Virus record (IMG/VR): IMGVR_UViG_3300036781_000420
Coordinates: 1 to 64,000 of that record
Length of the DNA: 64,000 nucleotides
DNA from: a virus
Reading direction: 5' to 3' (one strand)
A program made the translations under genes and the position numbers. This document shows, in pieces, positions 52,163 to 61,510 of this stretch. The notes under the pieces are model-generated. The model did not search any database. It was not told the origin of the DNA and saw only the letters and a list, made by a program, of their open reading frames with translations. Each line of letters begins with the position of its first letter. Position 1 is the stretch's first letter.

Positions 52163-52207
52163 GAGGTGGGCCGGACAAGGCAAATAAAATCTGATGAGGG
52201 GGATTAA

Positions 52208-52381
52208 ATGCAATTGGAATTGCTGCCCGATGAACGGGTGATCTTATATCGGGCCGTGGCCAGCGAGGTGGAGGCAACCCGGCTTCACATCCGGGAGCGC
52301 GGCGCCGATACCGGGCCAGCGGTGCTTGTCTACCGGAAACAGCTTGAGGCCGTGTTGCGCAAGTTGTTGCACGCCGGCTGA
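52208..52381 (+). CDS. 57-aa hypothetical protein
   Basis: Not in the ORF track. RBS is GAGGGGGA. Sequence is MQLELLPDERVILYRAVASEVEATRLHIRERGADTGPAVLVYRKQLEAVLRKLLHAG. Confidence 0.45.
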   Translation: MQLELLPDERVILYRAVASEVEATRLHIRERGADTGPAVLVYRKQLEAVLRKLLHAG

Positions 52382-52525
52382 AGAATCGCCGACAGACCCA
52401 ACCTTCCCGTTCTTCCAGACCCATGCGGGAATTGTCCATCTGCCGGCGCACTGGCCCGGCCGGCTCCGCAAATACCGTCGCGCCGGGCTTTTTTCTACCA
52501 ACAAGCGCCAAGGAGGCGCATTCAT

Positions 52526-52945
52526 ATGAGGCACATCCCCACCGCTCTCGCCCTGTTGGCCCTGCTTGCCGCACCAGCTTTTGCCGGGAGCGAGACCGGT
52601 TTGACCACAGATCAGGTCTTCAGCCAACTCGGCGGCTATTCGTGCTCTGGGTCGAGTTGCACGCACGGCGACCCCGGCAGCAGGATCGAGCCGCAGGCAC
52701 ATCAGGACGCCGAGCACATCTATGTCGCGCCTATCGCCCATGCCCGCTGCGGCCATTTCATCGGCCATCTCGACGCCAATTGCGTTTCGATGTCTATCGC
52801 GCCGCAGAGTTCGGGCGGCGTCGTGCACCCGTTGGCCCCCAGGACCGTCACGACAGTCGTGACGACCACCAAGGTGCTCACCTTCAACGGGCCGGATAAT
52901 TGGACCATCGATACCAGTTCGTCCAGCGTCGACGCGCGCCGATAG
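52526..52945 (+). CDS. secreted hypothetical protein (moron-like)
   Basis: Strong RBS AAGGAGG. N-terminus is MRHIPTALALLALLAAPAFA/GSE. It contains four Cys. Confidence 0.65.
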   Translation: MRHIPTALALLALLAAPAFAGSETGLTTDQVFSQLGGYSCSGSSCTHGDPGSRIEPQAHQDAEHIYVAPIAHARCGHFIGHLDANCVSMSIAPQSSGGVVHPLAPRTVTTVVTTTKVLTFNGPDNWTIDTSSSSVDARR

Positions 52946-52992
52946 TGGGTCAGTTTGAAATTGGATACTGCTTTTTGTAGGGGCTGCGTGTC

Positions 52993-54183
52993 GTGACACA
53001 CATTGAGGAGGACTCGGGAATGACCATCGCTTCTTTGCTGACTGACGTCCCTCATCCGGGAGAATTCATCCGAGAGGAATTGGAAGCACGCGGCTGGCTA
53101 CAGCGCGATCTCGCTTACATTCTCGGCGTGCCTGAACAGGCCGTGAATCTCATTGTGTCTGGCAAGAGGGGGATTAGCCCCGAAATGGCAAAAGCGCTTG
53201 GAAACGCGTTCGACGTTTCCGCGGATTATTTCGCCAATCTCCAGCAGGCGTTTGAGATGTCAAATGCGCGAGCTCCGGACCCCAGCATCGCCAGGCGCGC
53301 TGTGTTGCAGGGCATCTATCCGGTCAGAGAAATGATCCGTCGCGGCTGGCTTGAAGATACCGACATCGGCCTATTGGAGGCTCAGGTCATGCGATTCTTT
53401 GAGAAGAACGATCTGTCGGACGTTCCCTATATCGCTCATGCCGCCAAGAAAAGGAACTACAGCGAGACCTCTCCGGTCCAACTGGCGTGGCTGTTCCGAG
53501 CGCGTCAGTTGGCGGCTGACATGGTGGTGGCAGGGTATTCCGAAGCAAAACTGAAGAGCCTAGTCGCCACATTGCCAAGACTGATGGGCGACCCGGAGGA
53601 GATTAGGCAAATCCCTCGTGCTTTATCCGATAGCGGCGTCCGCTTTCTGGTCGTCGAAACTTTGCCCAAGGCGGACATCGACGGCGCGTGCTTCTGGCTG
53701 GATAGCAAGTCTCCGGTAATCGCGATGACTACCCGATATGATCGCATAGACAATTTTTGGTTCGTGCTGCGCCATGAAATAGACCACATCCTACATCGCG
53801 ACGGCCAAGGCCCCCTCAACGAAGACAACGTAGATAGCGGTCTAGAGGGCGCCAAGGCTGGTTTCGGGGAGGATTTGCCGCCGGAGGAGCGTCGAGCAAA
53901 CAGAACGGCAGCCGAGCTTTGCGTTCCGAGCGACGAACTTGAGTCCTTTGTCATCCGGAAATTCCCATTCATCTCAGAGCGAGACATGTTGGGATTTGCT
54001 CGCCGGGTTCAACGTCACCCTGGCATCGTGGTTGGGCAGATACAGCGAAGAATAGATCGTTACGATTGGCTTGCGCGTTACAAGGTGAAAATACGGCAAC
54101 ACCTCATTGGAAATGCCGTTGTTGACGGGTGGGGAATTCCAGCCCCCGTTTCCTCTTGCCCCACGCACACTCGACGTGTATAG
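52993..54183 (+). CDS. HigA-type XRE HTH fused to an ImmA/IrrE (M78) metallopeptidase domain
   Basis: PGEFIREELEARGWLQRDLAYILGVPEQAVNLIVSGKRGISPEMAKALGNAF is HigA-like. FWFVLRHEIDHIL supplies the HExxH. The start is GTG 52993 or ATG 53020. Confidence 0.8.
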   Translation: MTHIEEDSGMTIASLLTDVPHPGEFIREELEARGWLQRDLAYILGVPEQAVNLIVSGKRGISPEMAKALGNAFDVSADYFANLQQAFEMSNARAPDPSIARRAVLQGIYPVREMIRRGWLEDTDIGLLEAQVMRFFEKNDLSDVPYIAHAAKKRNYSETSPVQLAWLFRARQLAADMVVAGYSEAKLKSLVATLPRLMGDPEEIRQIPRALSDSGVRFLVVETLPKADIDGACFWLDSKSPVIAMTTRYDRIDNFWFVLRHEIDHILHRDGQGPLNEDNVDSGLEGAKAGFGEDLPPEERRANRTAAELCVPSDELESFVIRKFPFISERDMLGFARRVQRHPGIVVGQIQRRIDRYDWLARYKVKIRQHLIGNAVVDGWGIPAPVSSCPTHTRRV

Positions 54184-54227
54184 ATCGTTCATCAGCAACG
54201 GGGCAGCGCCCCACTGGAACCTTCACC

Positions 54228-54782
54228 ATGAACCTGTCGCTCACCTTCCTGCTCGACACCTACAAGAAACTCAAAGCCCACGACAACGAGATCATGTCGG
54301 CGCGGCCGGAAGCCACGCCGCGCGGCGCCTGGCGCGCGGAAAACCCGCACAACCTGGTGACGAGCTGGCCGGTGCGCGTCAAGGGTCGCAAGGGCCGTTA
54401 CGTTGCCTCGATCAATTTCGACACCAAGCCGGAACTGATCATCCGCGAGGCGCGCGATGGGGGGCGCGTCGTCGACATGATCGAATTGCATGGAGAGGAT
54501 GCCGAAATGCGCCTCGCAACCCTTGAGCAGTTGCCGCGTCAGATGACAGGCGAGGAAGTGATCGCGGCCAAGGCTACGCTGGGGCGGGCGTGGGGGCTGA
54601 ACCGGCCCTTGCACAATTCCGAACTGGCCCGGGCGCTGCGACTCACGGGGCGCGATCCCGGCCGGTCGGTGCAGGACTGGTCCACCGGCCAAACTCGGGT
54701 CAGTGGGCCCGCCGCCGTGGCGATTGAAATGATGCTCGCCGGTGGCTTGCCGGCCCACGTTAGCAGGCGTATCGTTCGGTAG
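54228..54782 (+). CDS. protein with a C-terminal MqsA/XRE-like HTH
   Basis: ATG 54228 lies within listed ORF 54129..54782. MTGEEVIAAKATLGRAWGL...ELARALRL...SVQDWSTGQTRVSGPAAVAIEMML. The N-terminal ~95 aa are unassigned and the RBS is weak. Confidence 0.5.
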   Translation: MNLSLTFLLDTYKKLKAHDNEIMSARPEATPRGAWRAENPHNLVTSWPVRVKGRKGRYVASINFDTKPELIIREARDGGRVVDMIELHGEDAEMRLATLEQLPRQMTGEEVIAAKATLGRAWGLNRPLHNSELARALRLTGRDPGRSVQDWSTGQTRVSGPAAVAIEMMLAGGLPAHVSRRIVR

Positions 54783-54856
54783 CCGCAGAGTATGGTGGCC
54801 GTGTAGTTGCTGATGCTCCGGTGTCGGTTAACAAGCTCTAGACAGCACCAAATAAG

Positions 54857-54880
54857 GCCCTCGCTCCGGCGGGGGCTTTT
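54857..54880 (+). terminator. rho-independent terminator
   Basis: GCCCTCGC-TCCG-GCGGGGGC followed by TTTTCACTTT. Confidence 0.65.
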
Positions 54881-54942
54881 CACTTTAGCGCCTAACTGCT
54901 CTGCCATGATGCCGACGACAGCGCGCTAAAAAGGAACATTCT

Positions 54943-55317
54943 GTGTCCGAAAAAGCACTAGAAAATGCGCAAGCCCTTCGCGATCGGTTGGCCAAGGAGC
55001 GAAATGACCTTGCACAGCGCTCGGATGAGCTTCGCAGGCAAGTGGCCCGACTGGACCAATTCATCGCCGACTACGGCGCGTTTGAGCAAGGACAATTCTA
55101 CAGCGACGGATCAATCGCCGGGGGCGCCGAACCTGAGTCATCTGGCGCGCGTGTTGGGTGCAACTCCGCGTTCAACTCGCGGTTGGTTCAAATTCGAAGA
55201 AGGACCGAAATCGCTCGGCAACTCGAAGCGGACGAGACCGAGAAAGCCTTTGATGAGGCGGTCTCAAAAATCATGCCGTTCCCTACAAGAGCGCCGGACG
55301 ATAAATTAAGGCGTTGA
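54943..55317 (+). CDS. coiled-coil hypothetical protein
   Basis: GTG start. 124 aa. Lower GC. Confidence 0.45.
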   Translation: MSEKALENAQALRDRLAKERNDLAQRSDELRRQVARLDQFIADYGAFEQGQFYSDGSIAGGAEPESSGARVGCNSAFNSRLVQIRRRTEIARQLEADETEKAFDEAVSKIMPFPTRAPDDKLRR

Positions 55318-55522
55318 TTTATAATGGTCTTCTCGGATTCGTGACGAACGAACGATATAAGCTTGGGTCGCGGTGTGGCCCGTCGCACGGCCAACTGCCC
55401 GACCCCATCGGACCGTTCGAAAAGGCGTCCAGCGCACATGACTGTCACCCGGTTTGATCGCGGCCATTCGAAATGCTACTTCTTGCTATCGGCGACCCAA
55501 TTGCAAAAGTAGATATTGACCC

Positions 55523-55855
55523 ATGGCAGCAGGTTCGAAGCCCGGTGAGTATCGCGGCGGCCGAAAGAAAGGCACCCGCAATCACGCCTCGATCAAACGA
55601 CAGGAACAGGTCTACGCGACCGGCCTTGCGCCCCTGGATTTCATGCTCGAAGTGATGCGCAATGAGGATAACCCGCGCGACGTTCGGCTTGAAGCGGCCA
55701 AAGCGGCGGCGCCCTACGTCCACCCGAAGCTTGCGACTCTACAGACCAATGTGAGCCTGAGCGGCAAGTTGACGCTGGAACAGCTTGTGGCCGGCAGCAT
55801 TGCCGCCTCAGCCACCGCCGCCTCGGTCGAGGCAGACGGGGAAAACCAGGCGTGA
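55523..55855 (+). CDS. terS: terminase small subunit (probable)
   Basis: It lies immediately upstream of terL and overlaps it. LAPLDFMLEVMRNEDNPRDVRLEAAKAAAPYVHPKL is a common small-terminase motif. Confidence 0.6.
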   Translation: MAAGSKPGEYRGGRKKGTRNHASIKRQEQVYATGLAPLDFMLEVMRNEDNPRDVRLEAAKAAAPYVHPKLATLQTNVSLSGKLTLEQLVAGSIAASATAASVEADGENQA

Positions 55856-57315
55856 CCCCGTTCGAGCGCACCATTGCCGCCTGGCGCGCTCACCCATCAC
55901 AGATGGTCGTCGATCTGTTCGGCGTAACGCCTGACCCGTGGCAGCACGACGCGCTCGAAGCCTTCCCGCACAAACAGCGCATTGCCATGAAAAGCTCGAA
56001 GGGGCCAGGCAAGTCCACGGTCGAGGCGTGGATCGCATGGAACTTTCTGCTGACGCGCCCGCACCCCAAGATCGCCGCCACCTCGATCAGCGCCGACAAC
56101 CTCGCGGACGGGCTGTGGACAGAAATGTCGAAGTGGCAGCAGCGCAGCGAGCTACTGAAGCAAACGTTCACGTGGACGAAGACGCGCATTTTTGCCAATG
56201 ACCATCCGGAAACGTGGTGGATGGCGGCTCGCTCATGGTCGAGAACCGCCGACAAATCGCAGCAGGCCGACACGCTGGCGGGGCTGCACGCCGATTACAT
56301 CCTGTTCGTGCTGGATGAAAGCGGCGGCATCCCCGATTCGGTGATGGCCGCTGCTGAAGCGGCGCTGGCCTCCGGCATCGAAAGCCACATCGTGCAGGCC
56401 GGCAATCCAACGATGCTCAGCGGTCCGCTCTATCGAGCCTTCTCCATTGAGGCCCGGCTTTGGCATCGCATCGAAGTCACCAGCGACCCGGACAATCCGA
56501 AGCGGTCGCCGCGCGTCTCGCTGCAATGGGCCAAAGAGCAGATCGAGAAATACGGTCGCGACAACCCATGGGTGATGGTGAACGTTCTCGGCCAGTTCCC
56601 GCCGTCCAGCCTGAATTCGCTGATCGGCCCGGACGAAGTAGCTGAGGCCACGAAGCGCTACTATCGCGAGTTTGAAATCGGGCAAGCGCCGCTGGTGTTC
56701 GGTGTCGATGTGGCGCGGTTCGGCGACGATGCCAGCGTCATATTTCCGCGCCGGGGCATCCAGGCATTCGCGCCGCGCAAACTGCGCAACGTCGATTCGA
56801 CGCAAGGCGCCGGCACGGTCGCCCGGATGTGGCAGGACCAGAATGCCGACGCGGTGTTCATAGACGACACGGGCGGCTTTGGTTCGGGCTGGATTGACCA
56901 ATTGCGGCTTATGGGCCGGACGCCGATCGGTGTTCACTTCGCGGGCAAGGCCCACAATGCAGGCAAATACGCGAACAAGCGGGCGGAGATATATTTCGAG
57001 GCTGTCGAGTGGATCAAGCGCGGCGGCGCGTTGCCCGACGTGCCAGAATTGGCGGCGGCACTGACGCAGACCACGTACACGTTTGCCGGCGACAAACTGA
57101 TGCTGGAGCCGAAGGATGACATCAAAGCCAAGCTCGGATATTCTCCGGACGAAGCGGATGCTTTCGTGCTGTCGTTCGCTGAGCCGGTTTCAGTGCAGCA
57201 TTTGCCGCACGGGTGGTCCCGGCACCAGGCGGAATACGACCCGTTCGCCAACATCGGCCGAGCGGTCAGGAATTCTATCGATGGCGGGTACGACCCGTAT
57301 GAGGGCAATCGATGA
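55852..57315 (+). CDS. terL: terminase large subunit
   Basis: Walker A is MKSSKGPGKST (~55999). Walker B is DYILFVLDESGG. The C-terminal nuclease-like half includes VDVARFGDDASV. Confidence 0.85.
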   Translation: MTPFERTIAAWRAHPSQMVVDLFGVTPDPWQHDALEAFPHKQRIAMKSSKGPGKSTVEAWIAWNFLLTRPHPKIAATSISADNLADGLWTEMSKWQQRSELLKQTFTWTKTRIFANDHPETWWMAARSWSRTADKSQQADTLAGLHADYILFVLDESGGIPDSVMAAAEAALASGIESHIVQAGNPTMLSGPLYRAFSIEARLWHRIEVTSDPDNPKRSPRVSLQWAKEQIEKYGRDNPWVMVNVLGQFPPSSLNSLIGPDEVAEATKRYYREFEIGQAPLVFGVDVARFGDDASVIFPRRGIQAFAPRKLRNVDSTQGAGTVARMWQDQNADAVFIDDTGGFGSGWIDQLRLMGRTPIGVHFAGKAHNAGKYANKRAEIYFEAVEWIKRGGALPDVPELAAALTQTTYTFAGDKLMLEPKDDIKAKLGYSPDEADAFVLSFAEPVSVQHLPHGWSRHQAEYDPFANIGRAVRNSIDGGYDPYEGNR

Positions 57316-57923
57316 CCACCGAAGCTGAAATTGATGCGGTGCTTGCCGCGATGGGCGAGGACAAGCGGATAAACCGAGGGCAGCATCAAGCTGAGGTTGA
57401 TACGGCACTTGCCGCAGTGATGCGGTCCGTTACCCTTCGGTCGATATCCAAGGCGCTGGAGGCCGAGCGGGCCAAAGCCAACCCGACCAGCGCAGCAACT
57501 CTCTCGGTCTATAATCAGCGAACCCTCTGGAAGGGGGAGGCGCCCCAGAGACGCAAGAAGGAAAGGGAAAACGCGATGCCCCAAGAAGCCGAGTTCATCG
57601 AAAAGGGCGTTCGCCCCCCGATGGGCGCCGATTTTCAGCCGAAAGGGGTTGCCTATCCCGGCCCCATTGCGCCGGCGCCGGATCGAGCCTTTCTGTTCGT
57701 CTCCCTGATCCTCAATGGCGCGCTGTATCTGACAGGCGTGTTCGCCATCGGTCTCATCGTCGACAACAAACCGGCATGGACCTTCGCGCTGGCAACCGTC
57801 GGGGTTTGCTATCTCTGCGCTGTCATGCAGACGTTGCTACCGGCATGGCGCATCGCCGCCGCCGCCTTGTTCGCGCTCTCGCTCATCACCGGCCTTGCCG
57901 CCGGACTCGCGCTGTTCACTTGA
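57312..57923 (+). CDS. membrane protein (3 C-terminal TM segments) carrying a portal-derived 16-aa segment
   Basis: ATGA-coupled. It contains AEFIEKGVRPPMGAD, identical to a segment of the portal at both aa and nt level. The C-terminal half is hydrophobic. Confidence 0.6.
   Translation: MTTEAEIDAVLAAMGEDKRINRGQHQAEVDTALAAVMRSVTLRSISKALEAERAKANPTSAATLSVYNQRTLWKGEAPQRRKKERENAMPQEAEFIEKGVRPPMGADFQPKGVAYPGPIAPAPDRAFLFVSLILNGALYLTGVFAIGLIVDNKPAWTFALATVGVCYLCAVMQTLLPAWRIAAAALFALSLITGLAAGLALFT
57586..57632 (+). repeat. 47-nt perfect direct repeat, copy 1
   Basis: AAGCCGAGTTCATCGAAAAGGGCGTTCGCCCCCCGATGGGCGCCGAT is identical to 59376-59422. Confidence 0.95.
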
Positions 57924-57934
57924 AGGATATCGCC

Positions 57935-58147
57935 ATGTCGTTTTTGATGCCCAGCGCCCCCGCCGCCCCACCGCCGCCGCCAACGCCTCCCACCATGGCC
58001 AGTGCCGGTGTGCAGCAGGCGCAGAGTGCCGCTCGTGCCGCGGCCGCAGCTGCTGCCGGCAAAGGCTTTAACGGCACGCTGACATCGGGCTCGCAGGCCG
58101 GTATTCCAGCCGCCGCGACTGCCTCCAAGACGCTGTTCGGGCAGTAG
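57935..58147 (+). CDS. small Pro/Ala-rich hypothetical protein
   Basis: ATG 57935 follows GAAGGA. Sequence begins MSFLMPSAPAAPPPPPTPPTMASAG... Confidence 0.5.
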   Translation: MSFLMPSAPAAPPPPPTPPTMASAGVQQAQSAARAAAAAAAGKGFNGTLTSGSQAGIPAAATASKTLFGQ

Positions 58148-58151
58148 CTTC

Positions 58152-58358
58152 ATGAGCGACGAGCAGCAAACGTCGCCACTCCCTGAACTGCCGCCGGGGG
58201 GAGATTGGGCTTTCCAAGCCCGGGCCTATGGTTTTGTCGCCGTCGACAGGTCCGGCAGAAACCCCGATATGCTGATTCGCCAAGGTGTCGCCGAGGTGCT
58301 GCGAATCGGCATTAACGCGCCTCCATACCGCGCAGTTCGCAACCTCGCAGGAACATAG
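58152..58358 (+). CDS. hypothetical small protein
   Basis: 68-aa ORF between the 57935 gene and the portal gene. Confidence 0.5.
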   Translation: MSDEQQTSPLPELPPGGDWAFQARAYGFVAVDRSGRNPDMLIRQGVAEVLRIGINAPPYRAVRNLAGT

Positions 58359-58363
58359 CCGCC

Positions 58364-60178
58364 ATGGATCGCGCGTACGACACCGCCGCCTATATGGACA
58401 TGTCGCCCGACCTGCTGTCGCAGCAGCCGGTGTCCGACAAAGCCTCCGACAAGGGGCCGATGCGGCGCGAGGATTGGGATGTCGTTTACGGCAAGCTCGA
58501 AAGTCGCATGGGCATGCTGCGCACGTGGCGCTATTCGTGGTGGCAGCACTGGTCGGTGCTGGCCGAATTCTTCCTGCCCCGGCGCTGGTCGTGGCTGGTC
58601 GTTCCAAACCGCACATGGCGCGGGGGTGCGATCAACAACGCCATCATCGATTCCACCGGGCTGCTCGCGGTGCGCACCTGCGCCGCCGGCATGTGGACCG
58701 GACTGACCTCGCCATCGCGGCCGTGGTTCACGCTCGAAATCGGCCTGCCCTGGGTCGAACTGGATGAGGACGGCAAGGCGTGGCTCGAAGACACGCAGGA
58801 GCGGGCCTACACCGTGCTGGCGCAGTCCAACTTCTACACCACGATGGCGCAGGCGTTTCAGGATGTCACGGTGTTCGGCACCGCGCCGGTGATCATCTAC
58901 GAGGACTTCGAGGACGTGATCCGCTGCTATCTGCCGTGCACGGGAGAATACTATCTGGCCTCGGGCTCGCGCTTCAGCAATGACACGCTGTACCGCGAAT
59001 TCAATCTCACCATCATACAGATCGTCGAGATGTTCGGCGCCGAGAACTGCCCGCAGGAAGTGCTAACGCTCTGGCGCGCGGGCGGCGGCTCGCTCGATGG
59101 TGAATTCACCGTTGCCCATTCCATCGAGCCCAACACCGCGATTTCGCCGCAGGACGGCCGCCCCAACATCCAGGTCGTGCCGGGCAGCTTCGTCTACCGC
59201 GAGGTGTACTGGCTGCGGGCCGTCAAGAGCGACCGGCCGCTCAGCGTGCGCGGCTTCCACGGCACCCCGTTCATGTCGGCCCGGTGGGCGACGGTCTCGA
59301 ACGAACCCTATGGCCGTTCGCCCTGCATGGATGCCCTCGGCGACAACAAGCAGGTGCAGCTTGAAACGCTGCGCAAAGCCGAGTTCATCGAAAAGGGCGT
59401 TCGCCCCCCGATGGGCGCCGATCCGTCGCTGAAGAACGAGCCGTCGTCGATTTTGCCCGGCAACATCACCTATGTCAGTGGCGACGGTTCGAAAAAGGGG
59501 TTCTGGCCGCTATTCGAGCCAAATCCGCAATGGCTGGCTGGTCTCACCATCGACATCGACAAGGTGAACGCCCGCATCGAAAAGGCGCTGTTCGTCGATT
59601 TGTTCATGGCGATCTCGCGGATGGAAGGCGTGCAGCCGCGCAACGAACTGGAACTGACCCAGCGCAACCTTGAGCGCTTGCAGGAACTGGGCCCGTTCAT
59701 CCACATGTTCGAGAACGAATTCGCGGCGCCGACGCTGCGCCGGGTGCTCGACATCATGCGTCGCAAGCGTATGCTGAGCCCGATGCCGAAATCTCTCCAA
59801 GGCGTGCCGCTCAAGATCAACTACGTCTCGATCATGAAGCTGGCGCAGAACGCCACCGAATCGGTGACGATGAAGGACGTGTTCCAGACCGCCGGCCTCG
59901 CCGACAGCGCGGCGCATTCGTCCGGGCAGAAGCCGCCGTCGCGCATCATCAATTTCGACAAGGCCCTGCGCGAATACGGCGACCGCAACAACTTCCCGCA
60001 GAACCTGTGGTTCACCGACGACGAGGTGGCCGCGCACGACAAGCTCGCGGCCAAGGCGGCGCAGGCTGCGCAGGCACCGGGTGCCGCAATGGCGGCGGTG
60101 ACGGCGGCAAAGACACTCAGCGAAACCCCGATCAGTTCCGGCAATGCCCTGGGCGCGTTGACCGGGGTGCAGCAATGA
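58364..60178 (+). CDS. portal protein (T7 gp8 / head-to-tail connector type)
   Basis: 604 aa, downstream of terL. The N-terminal W/R-rich pattern RTWRYSWWQHWSVLAEFFLPRRW is typical of podoviral connectors. Confidence 0.75.
   Translation: MDRAYDTAAYMDMSPDLLSQQPVSDKASDKGPMRREDWDVVYGKLESRMGMLRTWRYSWWQHWSVLAEFFLPRRWSWLVVPNRTWRGGAINNAIIDSTGLLAVRTCAAGMWTGLTSPSRPWFTLEIGLPWVELDEDGKAWLEDTQERAYTVLAQSNFYTTMAQAFQDVTVFGTAPVIIYEDFEDVIRCYLPCTGEYYLASGSRFSNDTLYREFNLTIIQIVEMFGAENCPQEVLTLWRAGGGSLDGEFTVAHSIEPNTAISPQDGRPNIQVVPGSFVYREVYWLRAVKSDRPLSVRGFHGTPFMSARWATVSNEPYGRSPCMDALGDNKQVQLETLRKAEFIEKGVRPPMGADPSLKNEPSSILPGNITYVSGDGSKKGFWPLFEPNPQWLAGLTIDIDKVNARIEKALFVDLFMAISRMEGVQPRNELELTQRNLERLQELGPFIHMFENEFAAPTLRRVLDIMRRKRMLSPMPKSLQGVPLKINYVSIMKLAQNATESVTMKDVFQTAGLADSAAHSSGQKPPSRIINFDKALREYGDRNNFPQNLWFTDDEVAAHDKLAAKAAQAAQAPGAAMAAVTAAKTLSETPISSGNALGALTGVQQ
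59376..59422 (+). repeat. 47-nt perfect direct repeat, copy 2
   Basis: Identical to 57586-57632, with the same reading frame relative to the repeat. Confidence 0.95.
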
Positions 60179-60200
60179 CGATGAAGCATGGAGGCGTGCA

Positions 60201-60707
60201 TTGAGCGACCTGACCGAAACCGAGGTGGTAGACCGCCTCAAGACCAGCCTGCGCATTGCAGGCGAGGCAGCAATGGACCTGTCCATCGCCTCGCGCCGGG
60301 GGCCGATCTATAGCCGGTTGCGTGAACACCTGCTGCTGATCGAAGGCAGTTGCCGCCAGTTGTCAGCAATGCGCGAGGATACCCGCTGGCTCGAAATCGG
60401 CGTTGCGATGCACAAGGCGCACGACATGGCCGGCGGCTGGCTGCGTGGCTACAAGCACCCGACGACCGGCATGCGCGTGCACTTCTCGGCCAAGACCCGC
60501 AACCCGCTATTCGTCAAGCTGAGCCATAATCTGGCGATGATGCTGGTGGGGGCCGACAGCCTGCTGACCCGCCGCACCGGCATGCGCGGGCCTATCCTGC
60601 CGGGCTTGCCTGCCTATGAGCGCCGAGTTGGCGCGCCGGTGCAGGTGCTTCTGCCGGCGGAAGCGCGGACCAAGAGCGGTATCATCCTGCCGCGCGGAGC
60701 TTTCTGA
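60201..60707 (+). CDS. hypothetical protein
   Basis: TTG start 6 nt after GGAGG. 168 aa. Confidence 0.5.
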   Translation: MSDLTETEVVDRLKTSLRIAGEAAMDLSIASRRGPIYSRLREHLLLIEGSCRQLSAMREDTRWLEIGVAMHKAHDMAGGWLRGYKHPTTGMRVHFSAKTRNPLFVKLSHNLAMMLVGADSLLTRRTGMRGPILPGLPAYERRVGAPVQVLLPAEARTKSGIILPRGAF

Positions 60708-60709
60708 AG

Positions 60710-61072
60710 ATGGCGGTATCCGACAGCGAACGCCGGCTGATCCGCGAGAACGTCGCGCTGCGCGAGCGGGTGCGGCAACTCGAATCCCAGTTCATGCCGC
60801 ACGTCTCGGTCTCGCTGCGTCCCGAATGGGGGCTGACGCGCAGCGAAGAATTGTTGTTCACGCACCTGTCCGAGCGGGAAATGGCCAACCAGCAGGAATT
60901 GCTCAGCGTGCTCTACGGCCCGAGAGTGGCACCGCCAGATGAACGCATCCTCGGAGTGTTCGTCTACAACATGCGCCGCAAGCTCAGGAACTTCGGCATC
61001 AACATATCAACGGTTCGCGGCTATACCCTGAAACCCGCGCTTCCGGCACCGAGCAAGCAAGAGGCAGCATGA
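60710..61072 (+). CDS. OmpR/PhoB-type winged-helix DNA-binding protein with an N-terminal coiled coil
   Basis: LTRSEELLFTHLSEREMANQQELLSVLYG....DERILGVFVYNMRRKLRNFGINISTVRGYTL fits the Trans_reg_C pattern LT..E..LL..L......R..L........D...VDV.I..LRRKL......I.TVRG.GY.L. Confidence 0.7.
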   Translation: MAVSDSERRLIRENVALRERVRQLESQFMPHVSVSLRPEWGLTRSEELLFTHLSEREMANQQELLSVLYGPRVAPPDERILGVFVYNMRRKLRNFGINISTVRGYTLKPALPAPSKQEAA

Positions 61073-61470
61073 CCCCGGACGATGACGAAGACGAAGGCGA
61101 CGACCTCGGGCCGGAGCCGTTTGCCCCGCTGCAATCGCCCACCGATGTCATGCACCAGGACAACGCCGAAAGCCGCGAGGGACGCCGCTCCCGTCGCCGC
61201 TATGTCCGGGAGGCGCGTGAGTTCTGGGCCAAGGCGCTTGTCGACAAGGTAGGGCGCCGCGAAATATGGTCGCTGCTCGACAGCATGCACCCGTTCGAGA
61301 CGCGCTTCGCCACCGGGCCGAACGGTTTCCCGCAGCCGGAAGGAACGTGGTTTCATGCCGGACAGCAATCCATCGGGCTGACCATCTATTTCTCCCTGCT
61401 CAAGCTGAACCGCGAGGGCGTGCTGTTGATGCAGATGGAAAACGACCCGCAATTCCGTGAACAGAAATAG
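61069..61470 (+). CDS. hypothetical protein with an acidic N-terminus
   Basis: 133 aa, ATGA-coupled. Confidence 0.5.
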   Translation: MTPDDDEDEGDDLGPEPFAPLQSPTDVMHQDNAESREGRRSRRRYVREAREFWAKALVDKVGRREIWSLLDSMHPFETRFATGPNGFPQPEGTWFHAGQQSIGLTIYFSLLKLNREGVLLMQMENDPQFREQK

Positions 61471-61510
61471 CCGAATTAATTCAATTCATTTGATTTCAAT
61501 TAAATCAGGC
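61471..61510 (+). promoter_or_regulatory. AT-rich island with TTCAATT direct repeats and a GATTT-N5-AAATC inverted repeat
   Basis: CCGAATTAATTCAATTCATTTGATTTCAATTAAATCAGG stands out in an otherwise ~65% GC context, ~100 nt upstream of the scaffold gene. Confidence 0.4.

Noticed and set aside
55318-55522. TATAAT hexamer at ~55320 and the gap upstream of terS as a defined late promoter or pac/cos site
   Set aside because: There is no convincing -35 at 16-18 nt, and no repeat structure I could tie to packaging. It is left unannotated.
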